This document shows positions 26,298 through 39,479 of a DNA stretch of 64,000 bases, piece after piece (position 1 is the stretch's first letter; the number at the start of each line of letters is the position of its first letter). The notes below the pieces were generated by a model. The model was given only the letters and a program-made list of their open reading frames with translations. It ran no database searches and was not told where the DNA came from. Position numbers and translations under genes: made by a program. The DNA is from Antedon mediterranea (lineage: Eukaryota; Animalia; Echinodermata). The stretch spans positions 26,088,795-26,152,794 of the forward strand of contig NC_092670.1 in assembly GCF_964355755.1 (NCBI RefSeq), written 5' to 3'.

Positions 26298-27249
26298 TAG
26301 ACTTGCCCCAAGTCTGTATTTATTGTCTTTTTTTTTTATTTATTTGTTTTTATTTCGACCGCGATTTTTGTCTGAAAATACAGACTTGTGAAACACGTAT
26401 AGAAATCGATTTGCAGACCGCAAACATCCGATAAGAATGACGTAGGTTATCATACCGTATTTGGCTATATGGGGTGGGCGGTATGTAAATATGGATTTCG
26501 AATCAACCAATGATCATTTTGTTTCAAAGTGAAAAAAGATCGAGTACGTACGTACAGTGCTGAATGTACGATCGAGACTGAACAACTGTTGAAATATAAA
26601 ATCGTGTTGCCAAGTTGTTTTGTATATTAATTGTTTAGTCCTGGCCTAGGCCTTCTTCGTAGGGCTACTCAACTCGCACGTATGACCTGCCAAATAAAAC
26701 GCCAATAAGGTAGGCCTACATACCACCACCGACCGGCACACAACAGGGCTACACCACCACACATAACAGGACAGGGTCTGGGTGGGAATTAAATCAAATT
26801 ATCTCCGCATAATAAATGATCCATTCAATGTTTGATTTGGCGGAGAAGCTAGCCTATCATATCAAGACGAGTTTTCATGTGTCTTGGGAAAAATCCCATC
26901 AAATGTTTACCAGACTACTTGGTATATAAAATCATTTCTAGCCTTCAGAAACTTTCATCAATGTATCCAAGTACACATTGTCTAAACGTAACATAGCGCA
27001 TGCGCATCATCTTAGTTGTTGAGTCTTTGAAATTCTGAAATATGAATATTAAAACTGCGTACGAATGAGTAGCCAATGGCATGCGGCTTAAACTAGTCAA
27101 CTGGATAATTTATGCACCAAGAATTCTTGGTGTCAAACCGCGTGACTTGTGCGTGTTTCCCCAGACGGAGTATCCAAACTCAAGTAATACACAAAAATAT
27201 ATATATTTTTACTAATATTAAGACAAAACTCCGTCTGGAGCCCAGACTA
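26298..27249 (-). repeat. Right copy of the ~1-kb inverted repeat pair (partner 12615-13650); terminus CCCAGACTA
   Basis: Reverse-complement match over several hundred bp, e.g. CACCAAGAATTCTTGGTG, GCGCATGCGC, CTCCGCATAATAAATGATCC. Confidence 0.85.
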
Positions 27250-27819
27250 TAGGTAAACATGCACAAAGGAAACAATTACGATTAAAAAATAAATATTTTT
27301 TAGTAATTCACAACTTGTCCTCCGCCAGTCAAAATTAACACACTCATTTTCACACCTTGTTACTTCACTAAGAACATCGTAGGGTTGTTTATTAATGTTA
27401 CAAACACCCTACAAAGTTCAGAATGTAGATTACTGAGGTTACAAAGCCAAACAATATAACTAAACAAAGCCTAAAACGTAGTCTACGGTCTATCTATGCA
27501 AGCCAGCTCGTAGTAAAAGTTGCAGTATTTTCTTTCTGTACTGTACATCCGTACACACAGAGATGCACTAGTAGCTGGGGTCAATGATAGTAGGTCGCAA
27601 TAAAATTGTAAAATGTACCGATCAATTTGAGTGTTGACATTTTTACAGTAGGTAGGTACATAGATACAGTACCTACTCTACAATAAAAAGAAAGGAAATT
27701 TTCGTCTTTGGTGGTCTGGCGATGTGTTTCTAAAGATGGAGATTTCCGTTGTTAGCAGTGAAAGTGCTGCTCATGGTACCATATGTTTATTAACCTATTA
27801 TTTTATTAATATTATTTAA

Positions 27820-28366
27820 AGATGTATTGTCCCTTTGACTAATTCCAACAAAATAAAAAATAAAAGATTTCGAAAAAAGGTGGGTCATTTTGAAGTAGCA
27901 TAATAGTTATTAACTATCACCAAAAATTTTTCGAAAAAAAAATTATTTAACTGAAATACAGACGTTTTTTTGTTAAAAAAATAACTTTGACTTCCAGTCA
28001 AAATTTTCAATCAAAACATATCCCATAATGAAACGCACTTGTTTGGCTACTCTGTATGCATAATCATAAAACTTCCTCATGATCTGTGTGAAAATACCTT
28101 CTTAACCGTGACGAGTTGTAAACAATCCTAATTTAGCATATGCATAATGCGTACTCATAGTTTGAAATCTTTGTTTACTTTCGCTCGTGACGATTTTCCA
28201 GATGAAATGTAATTAAACTAATTTACCTGTTAATTACGTAAACTTGTTGTTTTTGGCTTGAATTTTCGACTTAAAGTGAATAACTTTAATATTACTTTGA
28301 TATGGCCACTTTAATTTTAGAATATTTTGACCTTCATTTTTTTGTGTTTCAAGGGACAATACATCT
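27820..28366. mobile_element. Kolobok-type MITE
   Basis: TTAA TSD on both sides; TIR AGATGTATTGTCCCTT / AAGGGACAATACATCT. Confidence 0.85.
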
Positions 28367-29805
28367 TTAACCTTTATTATAATTCAACAAGAACACAATG
28401 GGTAAATAATGCAACATTCCAAGTCTTGTTTGTTCCCATTTGGTATCTTTTGGTTCCGTATGTTCATCACTGCTGCATTAAAAAGAATGACAATTTATAC
28501 AAGTTCATCATGCGTGACGTCATCTGGAATGACGGTACATCACATGTCCAAAAAAATACAAATCAACCAGTTTAGCCCCTTCCTGACCTCCGATAACAAT
28601 CTCACAAACAAGCTATAATTCGCCATGTAGGGATGGTACCGCAGCTCATAAGTCAATCAGACGCGCGTTTAAAAAGTCTTAGGGATTTTAAGGTTTGGCT
28701 TGAATGACATGCCCAGCAGAGGCTGACTGGCTAATTAATTTTAAAATCCAAAATGGTGGCTTTCCCAGGCTAGATGAGGTGGAACTTTTTTTTGGTGGAT
28801 ATATAGACCATATAACACAAATCAGTTGAGAAACAGTTGTTTCAAAATTTTTCCCAGATTTTCCCTTTTAAACAATAGGAATATTATACTACTGTATAAC
28901 CACGTAGGGTTATAACGTTATCGATTCATGGTGGCATGCTTCTGAAAAAGACATTTTTTGACCATTTGGTTTCACAAGCACTATTTGACTCACCCACAAA
29001 AAAATGCCAACCTTTATTTTTGTCATTTTAGGGTCAGATGGGCGTGGCCAACAATAATTTTTCTTGGCATAGAGTATTTAGTTTATTTTGAAAATGTTAT
29101 CATTTTCGTGCCACACCTTTAGACAGTTGTATTCAAGAGGACGAAAGCATTAGGAAACTGTATCATGCAGAAGCTAATGTATAGTTGATTGAGGCTGAAA
29201 AAAATGGGAAGTTGTAAACTTGGGACTGGGCATGCTCAAACCACAAAACATGTCCTGTTTAGATTTAGCTTAAAAGTTATCAATTGGGTAAATGTATTTT
29301 CAATTTTTCGCCATTTTGGTGAAGGAAAATTATATGCTAGGGTGATCTCGCCAGCTGTTGCTTAATTGGGCAATGAATTAATTTGAACCAAGTATGATGG
29401 ACAAGGTTGTTTCCTCTTCTAGTGGTGTATAATTAAAAAAGAACCTACTGTGTAAAATTGTGTACTTTCACACCCAACATGACCATTAAAGATGGCATAA
29501 GACTCCATAGTCACTTACTGTACCATGCTCTTGATCAGGTGAATGCTTTTAAATTGGGTTAGGTACGAAAGTACAATAGCACCTAGATAGCCAATGTACT
29601 GTCAATGACAATTAGATAACATGCATTTTACATTCATACCAAAATAAATCAACTACTAGATTTCATTCTCGAACTATAGGATAATAATTTATGCTGCAGC
29701 CTTTAATGAAAATAATATTCGACCAAGCCTGACAAAATTAAGTCATGATTAGTAAGCAATAATAATAACGATCAGTCTTGAGAATGTACAATGCGTCAAT
29801 ATTAA

Positions 29806-30432
29806 AGCCCCATTCCCTACGTTTTTTAGATCTAATTTAAGATCACAAACTATATTTAATGTAAAAATAATACTATATGATCCTATTGCGATAACTTTTT
29901 TTTGTCTTTAAATGGTTAAAAATGTGAAAAATAAGTCGATTCTAATAATTATAGCGGCCCGCTATAAATCCCAAAATGCATTGCGCGCGGATTGATATTT
30001 TTGTTTTTCACCTGTAATTCGCCCACTTTTCGATCGATCGTGAGGCCAAAACAAATGGAAGACTCCTGTCTTTTCAGCGAAAATACCGGGTTTTCCCCAA
30101 TTTGTATCAACGGAGTCTGGCAAAAATAGAAAGACAATTAATGCAGCAACTATACAACGTCAGGCTAGGTATATAGGTAGCGTACGATGTTCGTACGTTA
30201 CCGATGTTTACCAGCTAGGCCTACAAAACTAAGCCTAGCTAGGCTAGGCCTAAGACCGTCCACGAGAGGTCGATCGCCGCGAGCTACTTAGGTAGTGCAT
30301 TGTTTCTCACTTTTTATCATAATTTACCATAAAACGTACATTTAAGACAAGGAATGACATGGTTTAATGTTTTTAAAGTGATATATATGTATTATTTTCC
30401 AAAAAACGTCCAAAATTGCAGGGAAGGGGTCT
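29806..30432. mobile_element. Kolobok-type MITE (other copies at 45443-45974 and 18424-18890)
   Basis: TTAA TSD; imperfect TIR AGCCCCATTCCCTAC / GCAGGGAAGGGGTCT; body nearly identical to 45443-45974. Confidence 0.87.
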
Positions 30433-30683
30433 TTAATGCATGTATTGCGTCAACTAATATGTTTGTGTTGACATAATATGACGGCAAATACAATGCAAAT
30501 AAAATTATTTTAAAAGAGATTTGAGATTTTCAACATTTTTTACGACAAAATTGTATGATGAAATGCAATTTTAACACTCTAAGTAGATCAACATTTTATA
30601 TAATTTACACTTTATACTGCTGGGCTTGGTTATATTTTTGATTAGGAGAGCCCTACTCAGAGGCTATCAGATAACCTACTTAC

Positions 30684-30796
30684 CGCTTGATCTTAGCCTC
30701 TTTATCTTCTTCATCTTTTTGTCTTTTCATTACAGCCTCAATCTGGTTTCTCTCCTCTTCAGTCAAATGACTTAAATCTATATCTGGTAAATCCAT
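30684..30796 (-). CDS. RIMS2: RIM (Rab3-interacting molecule; RIMS1/2, unc-10 orthologue) coding exon 1, N-terminal Rab-binding helix
   Basis: Minus strand reads MDLPDIDLSHLTEEERNQIEAVMKRQKDEEDKEAKIK(R), then donor GTAAGT in phase 2, which joins exon 2 in frame. DLSHLTEEER is the RIM N-terminal signature. Symbol is for the closest vertebrate family member; likely a co-orthologue of RIMS1/2. Confidence 0.9.
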
Positions 30797-31149
30797 ATTT
30801 TCTTTCGGGTTTGTTTTCTACTGTACAATGTCTTGCTAGATAGACTCGATATGTCGTCCAACCAAGCTTCAAGGGTCCATACATTTATCGGAAAAAACAC
30901 CCTTGCAACAAACAGTCGATCTCTGCAAAAACCAAATGATTGATGCCTTTTTGTAAAAAAAAACTGACTTACTGGTTATACCAAGGTTATATATCATTAT
31001 CAGGTCCTAATAAATCATAATAGAGACCTTTCCGAAACCCATCATTTTGGATAAGTTATACGGAAAAACTCAATTGTATTTAAATCCGATCATCAGCATT
31101 ATTAATTACAGCGAAAATACATTACGTACTAACAAACATTATAAGCTTG

Positions 31150-31260
31150 CTGGGTACACCATCTTCGATTAACATTTTCCTCCCGTTTAGAACGGTGAAT
31201 AAATAATTCATTAGGCGATTGGCCAATCAAAAAGTACGGCGTGGGATTGTTCGATAATGA
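31150..31260 (-). promoter_or_regulatory. Putative RIMS promoter with paired CCAAT boxes
   Basis: gATTGGCCAATca (back-to-back CCAAT boxes) at ~31218-31230, about 430 nt upstream of the RIMS ATG; no transcript data. Confidence 0.35.
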
Positions 31261-31851
31261 CAGAAGGTGAATAAAGACATGCGCCAAATGACAAAGAACA
31301 ATAATAACAAAATTCAATAGCAGATGGCGCTTGTCCGGTTTTACAAAAGATGACATGAACACCGATATTTAATTGGTAGTCAAAGATAAAAATTTATATT
31401 GCAATAAAATATGAAAGAATTAAAGGCAAGAAAAAGCACTAACGATGTAATATAGGGATCAATTTAGGTCAACATGATTGTCTCTATAATAGCCTGCATG
31501 TAGGCCAAAAGTATCGGACAACATAATACTGTACTTTCAACTTGTTCTTATATTTTTTCAATTAATTGCTTGACGGTGATTATTAGTAAATTATCGATGT
31601 GCAAAAAAGCGTATGAAAAACTTTACTTTTAAAGTTCAATTGATTTGTTCATCACATATATTGTGATATATGTCACAGTATATTTTTTTAATGTGCAAAG
31701 GTGTACCTAAATATATTATTTTTATATCAAATTATATATCAATCTCGAAAAGAAGACCCTCGAAATAGTTAGTGTGGGCTTCTTTTCGAGATAGAATAGA
31801 ATAGAATAGAATAGAATGTTATGTAAAATGTGTGTTTTATCATTATTATCT

Positions 31852-32020
31852 TCACTTGCACTGATAAAGGGCTAGTGTTGCCCGAAAGCTCTGCTTACTT
31901 TTCTGGCTGTTTTACTTATCGTTTTGATTTAGCTTTTCGCTTTTTTTGTATCTCCATTGAGATCCAGCCACTGATATCCACGGCATTTTCATTTTTTCAG
32001 TAATTTGCCTTCTGATTTAA
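31852..32020 (+). mobile_element. Penelope-like element pLTR fragment carrying a minimal hammerhead motif
   Basis: Reverse-complement copy of 44114-44283; GCA-CTGATAA-AGGGC..GCCC-GAAA-GCTC-TGC at 31858-31894. Confidence 0.75.
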
Positions 32021-32070
32021 GGTAAATGAAAACAAAAACATTTATTAATATTATTAGTATTTATTATGTA

Positions 32071-32186
32071 TTACAGTAGAATCCCCATACATTATACACT
32101 TGGATAGGGCTTCCCGTTTACACGGTATAAGTACCGGTATGATGTACCCTAAATAGAGGTGTCAGAGGAAAGGGATTCTGCTGTAA
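32071..32186. mobile_element. Small TA-flanked MITE
   Basis: TTACAGTAGAATCCC / GGGATTCTGCTGTAA inverted ends. Confidence 0.6.
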
Positions 32187-32412
32187 TTTTTTCTTTTCAA
32201 TTTCAATTGTTTCAATCTTTTTTGTCGTATTTATATGGTGTTGGTTTTTGTAATATCACAAACTTGTGTAAAAACAATCAATAATGATTGAACAAGTTGA
32301 TTGAACTGCACATCAGTCTCGTGAATAAAAACAGTTTATATATATAATGTTAAAGGAATAGAAAAACCATACAAACACATTGCGTTGCGTCTCTAATTAA
32401 TGGGTTAATAGT

Positions 32413-32594
32413 TGTTGAACCCACAAATTTGAAAACGCATCACCAACAAATGTGGACGCTCTTAATTAGGCCTACATTTGTGTGTGATGTGTTTTCACAT
32501 TTGTGATTGTTTTCACATTATTAGTGGGTTATTCGTTTTCACATTTGTGGCTGTTTTCACATTTGTAGGCGTTTTCGCATGTGAGGGTTCAACA
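32413..32594. mobile_element. Small TGT...ACA element with GTTTTCACATTTGT subterminal repeats (Ginger-like)
   Basis: TGTTGAACCC / GGGTTCAACA termini; internal repeats in both orientations; no TSD seen. Confidence 0.55.
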
Positions 32595-32610
32595 GCAACA
32601 TATAGTTAAC

Positions 32611-33117
32611 ATCATCCGTCAGGACACCTAGGTAACATTACGTTGTTAATTTACTGTGAAAAATCTGGTAGTGCCCTGACGGATGATATTTATTATGTAT
32701 CATCCGTCAGGGCACCTATAGTTAACATTACGTTGTTAATTCACTGTGAATCTGGTATAGTAGTGCCCTGACGGATGATTTATTATGTATCATCCGTCAG
32801 GGTAACATTACGTTGTTAATTCACTGTGAATCTGGTAGTGCCCTGACGGATTATATTTATTATGTATCATCCGTCAGGGCACCTATAGTTAACATTACGT
32901 TGTTAATTCACTGTGAATCTGGTAGTGCCCTGACGGATGATTGTATCATCCGTCAGGGTAACATTACGTTGTTAATTCACTGTGAATCTGGTAGTGCCCT
33001 TGTAGTGAATCTGGTTGATCTACCAGATTTTACAGTGAATTAACAACGTATAATATTAACTATAGGTGCCCTGGTGGATGATACTTAATAATTATCATCC
33101 GTCAGGTCACTACCAAC
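32611..33117. repeat. Tandem array of ~65-90-bp hairpin units ending in an inverted unit
   Basis: Units CATCCGTCAGGG(CAC)...AACATTACGTTGTTAATTCACTGTGAATCTGGTA...GTGCCCTGACGGATG about 5 times, then reverse orientation from ~33020. Confidence 0.88.
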
Positions 33118-34629
33118 TTCATAGTAAATTATTTATAACCGTGAGGAGTTGAGTATATGAGTAATCCGCTATTTTTGCATGAGAAATTTGTAACAGAGAG
33201 TGTTTCCCGCCCTCATAAGGGCGGATGTATAAAGACTAAAAATTATATATGGTATTATACATGTCACATTAAATAGAATTAAGATAATATATTTTGCAAT
33301 TATAAAACATTTTATATAACATATTTAATAACAAACTGGTGTACATTCACTTCTACAGAAAATTATTTACTACCATGCTAAATTACTTCACATAGAAAGG
33401 CCGAACACCAACACCAAAAATCAACTAAGAATTACTCAGCACGGCCTATTCTTTGCCATTGCCGCGTACTAATCTACGCCCGGTAAATTAAGTATTGTTT
33501 TTATAATATAAATTAGTATAAAATACATGTTATAAATAGGATACAATGTTAAATGTCATTAACATTTATTTATTTTACCATAAACAAGTTAAATATAGAA
33601 ATATTGTTAAACGATCCTTCGCCCGGTTGATGAAGCGAACTGATATTCGGTTTTTACGAAATAAATAGCATGAAACGCAATTAAATCCAAACGGCATTTA
33701 ACATGATGTGGGCATGTAGTTGGTAACATTTTCGCGCCGCTGTTCTAGCCAGCTATGTCCCAGGAGGACATATTCATTAATAATCTGTTTCATAGCGGTA
33801 GCTTTAGTATCTAAGGCTGACAGTTTTGCAAATTTGTAAACTCGACTACAATTTATAGGTCCCAGCTGCTGGATCCAAACAACGTCTGGGAAAGAGAGTC
33901 TAAGAGGGCTCACGGTTGAACGATTTTGGATCCCTTTGATTGGTTGACGCGAATCACAGACTTAGGAAGAATTTTCTCACTGTACCACCTAGAGGGTCAC
34001 CTTGCAGTCACGTTGTCTCTAGAGGGTCACACACAAACAGGCTACAGTACATTTTGTGTAAGATAAAGTCATATGATTCATGGTTTTGTAGTGGAATTTC
34101 ATTAAAACTACAGAGATAAAACGACAACAACTTCACCAACATCGCGTTGCACATTGCACTACTACTGATGGATGAATTGTGCAAATGGTAAAATACGATC
34201 CAGAAATTGCGGTCCATCCAATCCAAAAACATAATCAGTGAAAATTGTAATTGTTACAAGGTATAGGTGTGCATACATTGTCCTTGCTATATTCACACAT
34301 TTGTGTAAAGCTATATATAAAAACCTAACTCTCTAAATAATCTCTTCCTTACTATGAAGTAAATCAGTTTGTCAATAATGACAATGATGAATTTTAGCAG
34401 CTTAAGCAACACTTTATCGCATTTCATAATGTATTAGGAGTTTTAGCAGAGTTTTTTTTTCAGACAAACTGATTTACTTCATAGTAAGGAAGAGGTTATT
34501 TAGAGAGTTAAGTTTTTTACCCAATTTATGTGTTGCTTAAGCTCTAGAGCTTATGATATGTGCTGATACTACTAAATACATTATGACATGCTGTTAAGAG
34601 CATGTCATATACAATAGCATTAGCAGTGC

Positions 34630-34755
34630 AAACAAGGCCATATACATGGCTGCAGTCGCGTGCTCAAATTGAGTTAGTGTTTACCGACCGACCGACCGAT
34701 CAACCGACCGACTAACCATCCGACAACCTACCGACACAGTGAGCTGTAGAGTAGA
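34630..34755 (-). mobile_element. Short element with (ACCG)n microsatellite, HINE-like; second fragment at 35178-35240
   Basis: GGCCATATACA..GTTAGTGTTTACCGACCGACC shared between the two loci. Confidence 0.5.
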
Positions 34756-35255
34756 GTAAAAATACTACAGTGGATGCTGCAATTTGTTTTAAAGGAGAAG
34801 GTGTTAGATGAAAAGGAACTCTTATAGATTATCAGAAGAGGTGGCAAGAGGATAAAACCAAGGGCCATGATGATATCATTAAAGAAAGGTTGTAAAACAG
34901 AAATCGGGCAAAAAGAGTGCATATTAAGGTTTAACGCGCAGTGCGCGTGAAAAAATCTGCGCACTAATTGCAATTTTTTAAACGCTTAAAATTTCCCGAA
35001 ACGTACTTTTATTTCATCGAAAATAAATTTTGTGATTCATGCTAGTGAAGATATGATTACAAACGTGATTTCATTAAATTCATTATTCAAACCGTGAAAA
35101 CATAACCACATCGATTCCTGGCCGGCCATAAGGAATATACTGTAAAAAATTGACTTAGCTAGATGAAACTGATATCAAGACAGGGCCATATACAAGTTAG
35201 TGTTTACCGACCGACCAACCGACTAACCGACCGACCGTAAATAAGCAATCATCGA

Positions 35256-36558
35256 TGGTCTGGTAGGTAGAAAGCGCATCAGCCAAGCAAAGCTGAAAGC
35301 CACCAGTCAAAATGATCGTCTAAATCAATAGAAAACCCACTTCGAGAACCTTCTTGGCAACATACCTAAAATAACCAATGTGGAAACCATTGAGCTACTT
35401 CCAGCAAAGACTGAATCAAAATCGGTTCTTTTAACGACGAAGAGTTAAACAAAGCGCTCTCAAAAATGAAAAAGGAAAATCCCCAGGACTTGATAAGATT
35501 CCTCCTGAAGTGTGAAAAACGAAACACTTTAACAACGTACTCTTGAAGTGTTGCAATGAGGTCTATGAACAAAGACCTATTCATTACTGGACAAGAGGTT
35601 GCATACTACCATTTCCAAAAAAAGAAGGAGATCTTGCAAAGGCCGAAAACTACAGAGGAATAACTCTCACCTCCATTGCTGCCAAGATCTACAATCTCAT
35701 GCTCTTGAACAGAATACATGGATTGAGACACGGCTTAACACTGAAGCCAAGAATCTGTAAGAGATTCACTGCGACATTGGTAACTGACGCTGATTATGCT
35801 GACGATCTAGCCCTGTTGTCGAACACGATCGCTGGAGAAACAACCCTCATACACGCCCTTAAAAAAGCTGCATCCTCAATTGGCCTCTACAGAAATGTCA
35901 AAAAGACAGAAAGTATGAGCGTAAACTGTCAAGGTCAAATTAAAACTAGCTCCGGATACGCTCTCAAACAAGTCGACCAGCTTTTCACCTATCTTGGCAG
36001 CAACATTGCCTCAACAACAAAAGACGTAGATATACGTATCAGCAAAGCCTGGTCAGCTCTCAAACGCCTGACTGTCGTATGGAAATCAAACATCTCAAAC
36101 AACATGAAGAAACATTTCTTTAAGACCACAGTCGAGACTGTCCTCCTCTACGGTTCATCGACATGGACCCTAACTAAGAAACTTGAAAACACTCTGAACG
36201 GAACGGAAAATACTAGGATGCTACGAGCCGTTCTTAACGTTTCGTGGCAAGAGCACCTCTCGAACGCTCAGCTATATGGAAATCGTCGCAAGATCACCGA
36301 TGTCATCAAAGAAAGAAGAGTCCGCTTTGTTGGACACTCCGCAACAAAAGTGAACTAATAAGCGAACTATATGCTCTGGATGCCAACACATGGGGCAAGA
36401 AGACCAGGCAGGCCCCCAAAATTATTCATTGACCAATTAGTAGCAGACTCCGGCCATACAATCGAAGAGCTACCAGGAACAATGATGAACAGAGACGGCT
36501 GGAAAGGTGTAGTCAAAAGAATCCGAGCAAGTTCGACGCAGTAGTAGTAGTATAGTAG
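35256..36558 (+). mobile_element. RTE-clade LINE relic, internally deleted RT, (GTA)n tail
   Basis: WTRGCILPFPKK.GDL...NYRGITLTSIAAKIYN jumps directly to DADYADDLAL; FTYLGS, VETVLLYGSSTWTL, RFVGH; ends GTAGTAGTAGTA. Confidence 0.9.
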
Positions 36559-37569
36559 AGGCCTACTATCAGTTATGAGTAAAAAATGGGGGCCATTTTG
36601 AAATCCAAGATGGCGGCCAAAATTGGCCCCCCGTTGCAATGAATTCTACTAGTCCTAAGGGTTCCAAAACTGCCAAGAACTCAACTTGAGCATTAAAATC
36701 TCACGGAATTAGGTTCCGTGTAAAAACTATTTCCAGGATTTTCCGTCACATCATGAATATTCATGTCAGGATTCAGGCCCTCTATAGTTTCTGTCTTAAC
36801 CTAATAGGAAAAAAAATAATGCGATCGGGTGGTGCGCGCAGACCCTGCCAAAATTGATTCAGTGTTCAGAAACCATCAATCAATTCAAAAGAAATATCAG
36901 GAAACATCTCAAAGAGGTTATGCTTGAAAGATTATAATTTATATTTATATTGTTACTACATGTGTTGTTGTTTATTGTAAATGTTTATTCTTATGGTGTT
37001 TTTATCCTTAAGGGCCACAATGGAAATAAGTTTGACCTTTGGTTACTTTTTTGTGTTACCCTGAATTCATTCTTTGTATTTTTTTTATGTTGTGTTATTT
37101 ATGAATTCGAATAAAGAAATGAAAAAAAATGAAAAAGTCTGCACGCACATATTTTTGGTTAATATTTCGTAATATAATACGAAATATATACTGTAGTCCG
37201 TGATGGTTTTTACTCCTTTTTAAAAAATTTATTTGTTTTTTCCTTTCGTTTTCTTTTTTTAAAACAAATATAAGGGGGGCGCTAAATCCCACCCTGTTTT
37301 ATAAATGTGTAGATTTAAATTTAAATTTCTTTATGTCTTGTTGAATTGGTGCTAAATGAATAAATAACGCGAATGAATTTTACTGTACTGTATATTAATA
37401 TATTCCTCGACGAAAGGTACTCGCGTTCCCTATCTATAAAAAAAACCCCTAAAATTTGTAAATTGGACATTCGAAATTTATTTACTTATTCGATATTTCA
37501 AATTACTAATAAATTCGAAATTTCGATTTATTTCGAATTAGTATTCCCAGACTACTGTGTTGCCTCTAT

Positions 37570-37660
37570 ACACGGCCGTGTGAGGGCGCGGGCCAGGCTT
37601 ACATGATGTCACGTGGAATGACGTCCTTCCGTGACGGTCCTGCAGTAGAGTGCATGCATA
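37570..37660 (+). promoter_or_regulatory. Putative DCAF13 promoter (GC-rich patch, E-box and CRE half-site)
   Basis: Locally CpG-rich; CACGTG at 37610-37615, TGACGT at 37619-37624. The DCAF13 ATG is preceded by a splice acceptor, implying an upstream non-coding exon. Confidence 0.3.
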
Positions 37661-39154
37661 TGTCTAATTCATTCATTTTGGCGTTACACACAACAACTCT
37701 GCGTTTCACACATGCACACCGAAGCACATGGCACTGATTCTCTGAAATACAGTAACTTGCTACTAGCCTAGGCCTAGACCTAATCATCTTACTACGTAAA
37801 GTACGAAAAAGTGAGTTCTGTGTAAGGCTTCTCTTGTAGCCTACCTAGGCCCTAGTAGTAGTGCGTAACGTAAAGTACGAAAAAGTGAGTTCTGTGTAGC
37901 GTAGGCCTAGCCTAGTAGCTACAGTAGGACTTAGGCTAGGTCTTGTTTGTAGGGATCCGGGATCAGGTGCCGTTCTCGGCCACCTCGACTTGTATGGACT
38001 ATACCATTATAAAAAGATGGGAAAATAGGGGTGTCCCATTTATTAATTGAGTGTGTTAAAATACTTTTGCTTTTGTTCTTTTGTTTTTCTTGTTGTTTCA
38101 GCAACAAAGGGAAAACAACTACGCCCTGCATGCTGTAGAATTAATTTCAGTTTTCAAGTTAATGCAGTATATTATGGCTCTTTATTTCTATATAATTTTT
38201 ACAGATTTATAGATACAGAAAGTAGGCCTATATAATTTATAAAGAAAGTTTTTATTCCAGTTACAAATAAAAAATATAATTTACCTAACGATAACTCAGT
38301 AGTACATTTAATAAAGATGACAGTAGTATATTTATCACATACTGATTATTAGGTAATCAGTAAAACAAATAAACATTATAATTTTGTCAATGAATCTGTA
38401 CCATTTTGTTCCCAGAAAACACAGCGTTTGACATTGCATGTTTTTAGGTTTGGTCTTTCTAAAATGTTTTAAACACGTTTTTAAACGTTTCTGTGTAGAA
38501 ATACATGTTCTAATTGAACAACGTTTGCATCAAAACGTTATAATAGCGAATGCAAAACGGAGCTGATAATGTCGCCATGAAGTGGATTGATTGGTGTCTT
38601 CCAATATAGCATGGAATACATCGGCAAGCCGTTAGCTGTAGAACGAGTCAAGCATTTGCATACTAGACAAACCAATTACTTTCCCCGCTCTACCCAGCAC
38701 CTTCTCAATTCGGTCTTTATCCCCTTACATTTCCTTACTGATATTCCCAGCCCAGTATACAATATGCCCAAATAGAACATCACTGATTAGTAAAACATAA
38801 ACATTCTATAGTACAAATATCCTGCTTTACCCCAAAGAACCGAGTTTCCTCAAGCAGTACAGCCTTGTAATTAACTTCTTAACTACCATCATGTCCACCC
38901 ATTTAGCTTTAGTCAAACACTACTGCCAGATACTTATAATTGTTAACAATCTCTACTTCCTTTACTTTAATTAATGTATACTGTCAGACCAATTATGTTT
39001 TCGAAAATCAATCCTTATTTCTTTCGTTTTATTTATGTTTAGTTCAAGAAAATAAAAAATATGATTTATCTACCGATAGGATTGGGCCGATTAGAATGCA
39101 TTTGCCAACATTCTTTTACATATTTCACAACATTATAGAGTTTAGGTAATTTAA

Positions 39155-39290
39155 CCGATTGTAATGTAGTATTTAGGATAGTTTAATATCGATTGTACTG
39201 TAGTATTTAGGATGTTTTAATTCCGATTGTATTGTAGTATTTAAGATTTTCTAATTTCGAATCCGATTGTACTAAAATTTAAAGTGTTTA
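39155..39290. repeat. Degenerate ~35-bp tandem repeat CCGATTGTA.TGTAGTATTTAGGAT
   Basis: About four diverged copies visible. Confidence 0.7.
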
Positions 39291-39479
39291 AATCCAGATA
39301 GGAATAACATAGGCCTAGTATTTAATATGCTTTAATTTTTTATTATACTGTAGTGTTTAGTTTAGTTTTTTTATATATAATAAGTAAGTATACCTACTTA
39401 TATAGTTTTTATTTATTTATTCATAGGAATCACCTTTATATCGGTGTCACACACATTTATCAGTTAATGGTGCATCCAA

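Noticed and set aside
32611-33117. Palindromic repeats with intervening sequence, superficially CRISPR-like
   Set aside because: Intervening sequences are copies of each other rather than unique spacers; no cas genes; eukaryotic context
33985-34000. CTCF-like word CCACCTAGAGGGTC between the two genes
   Set aside because: Imperfect match to the consensus; single short motif without support
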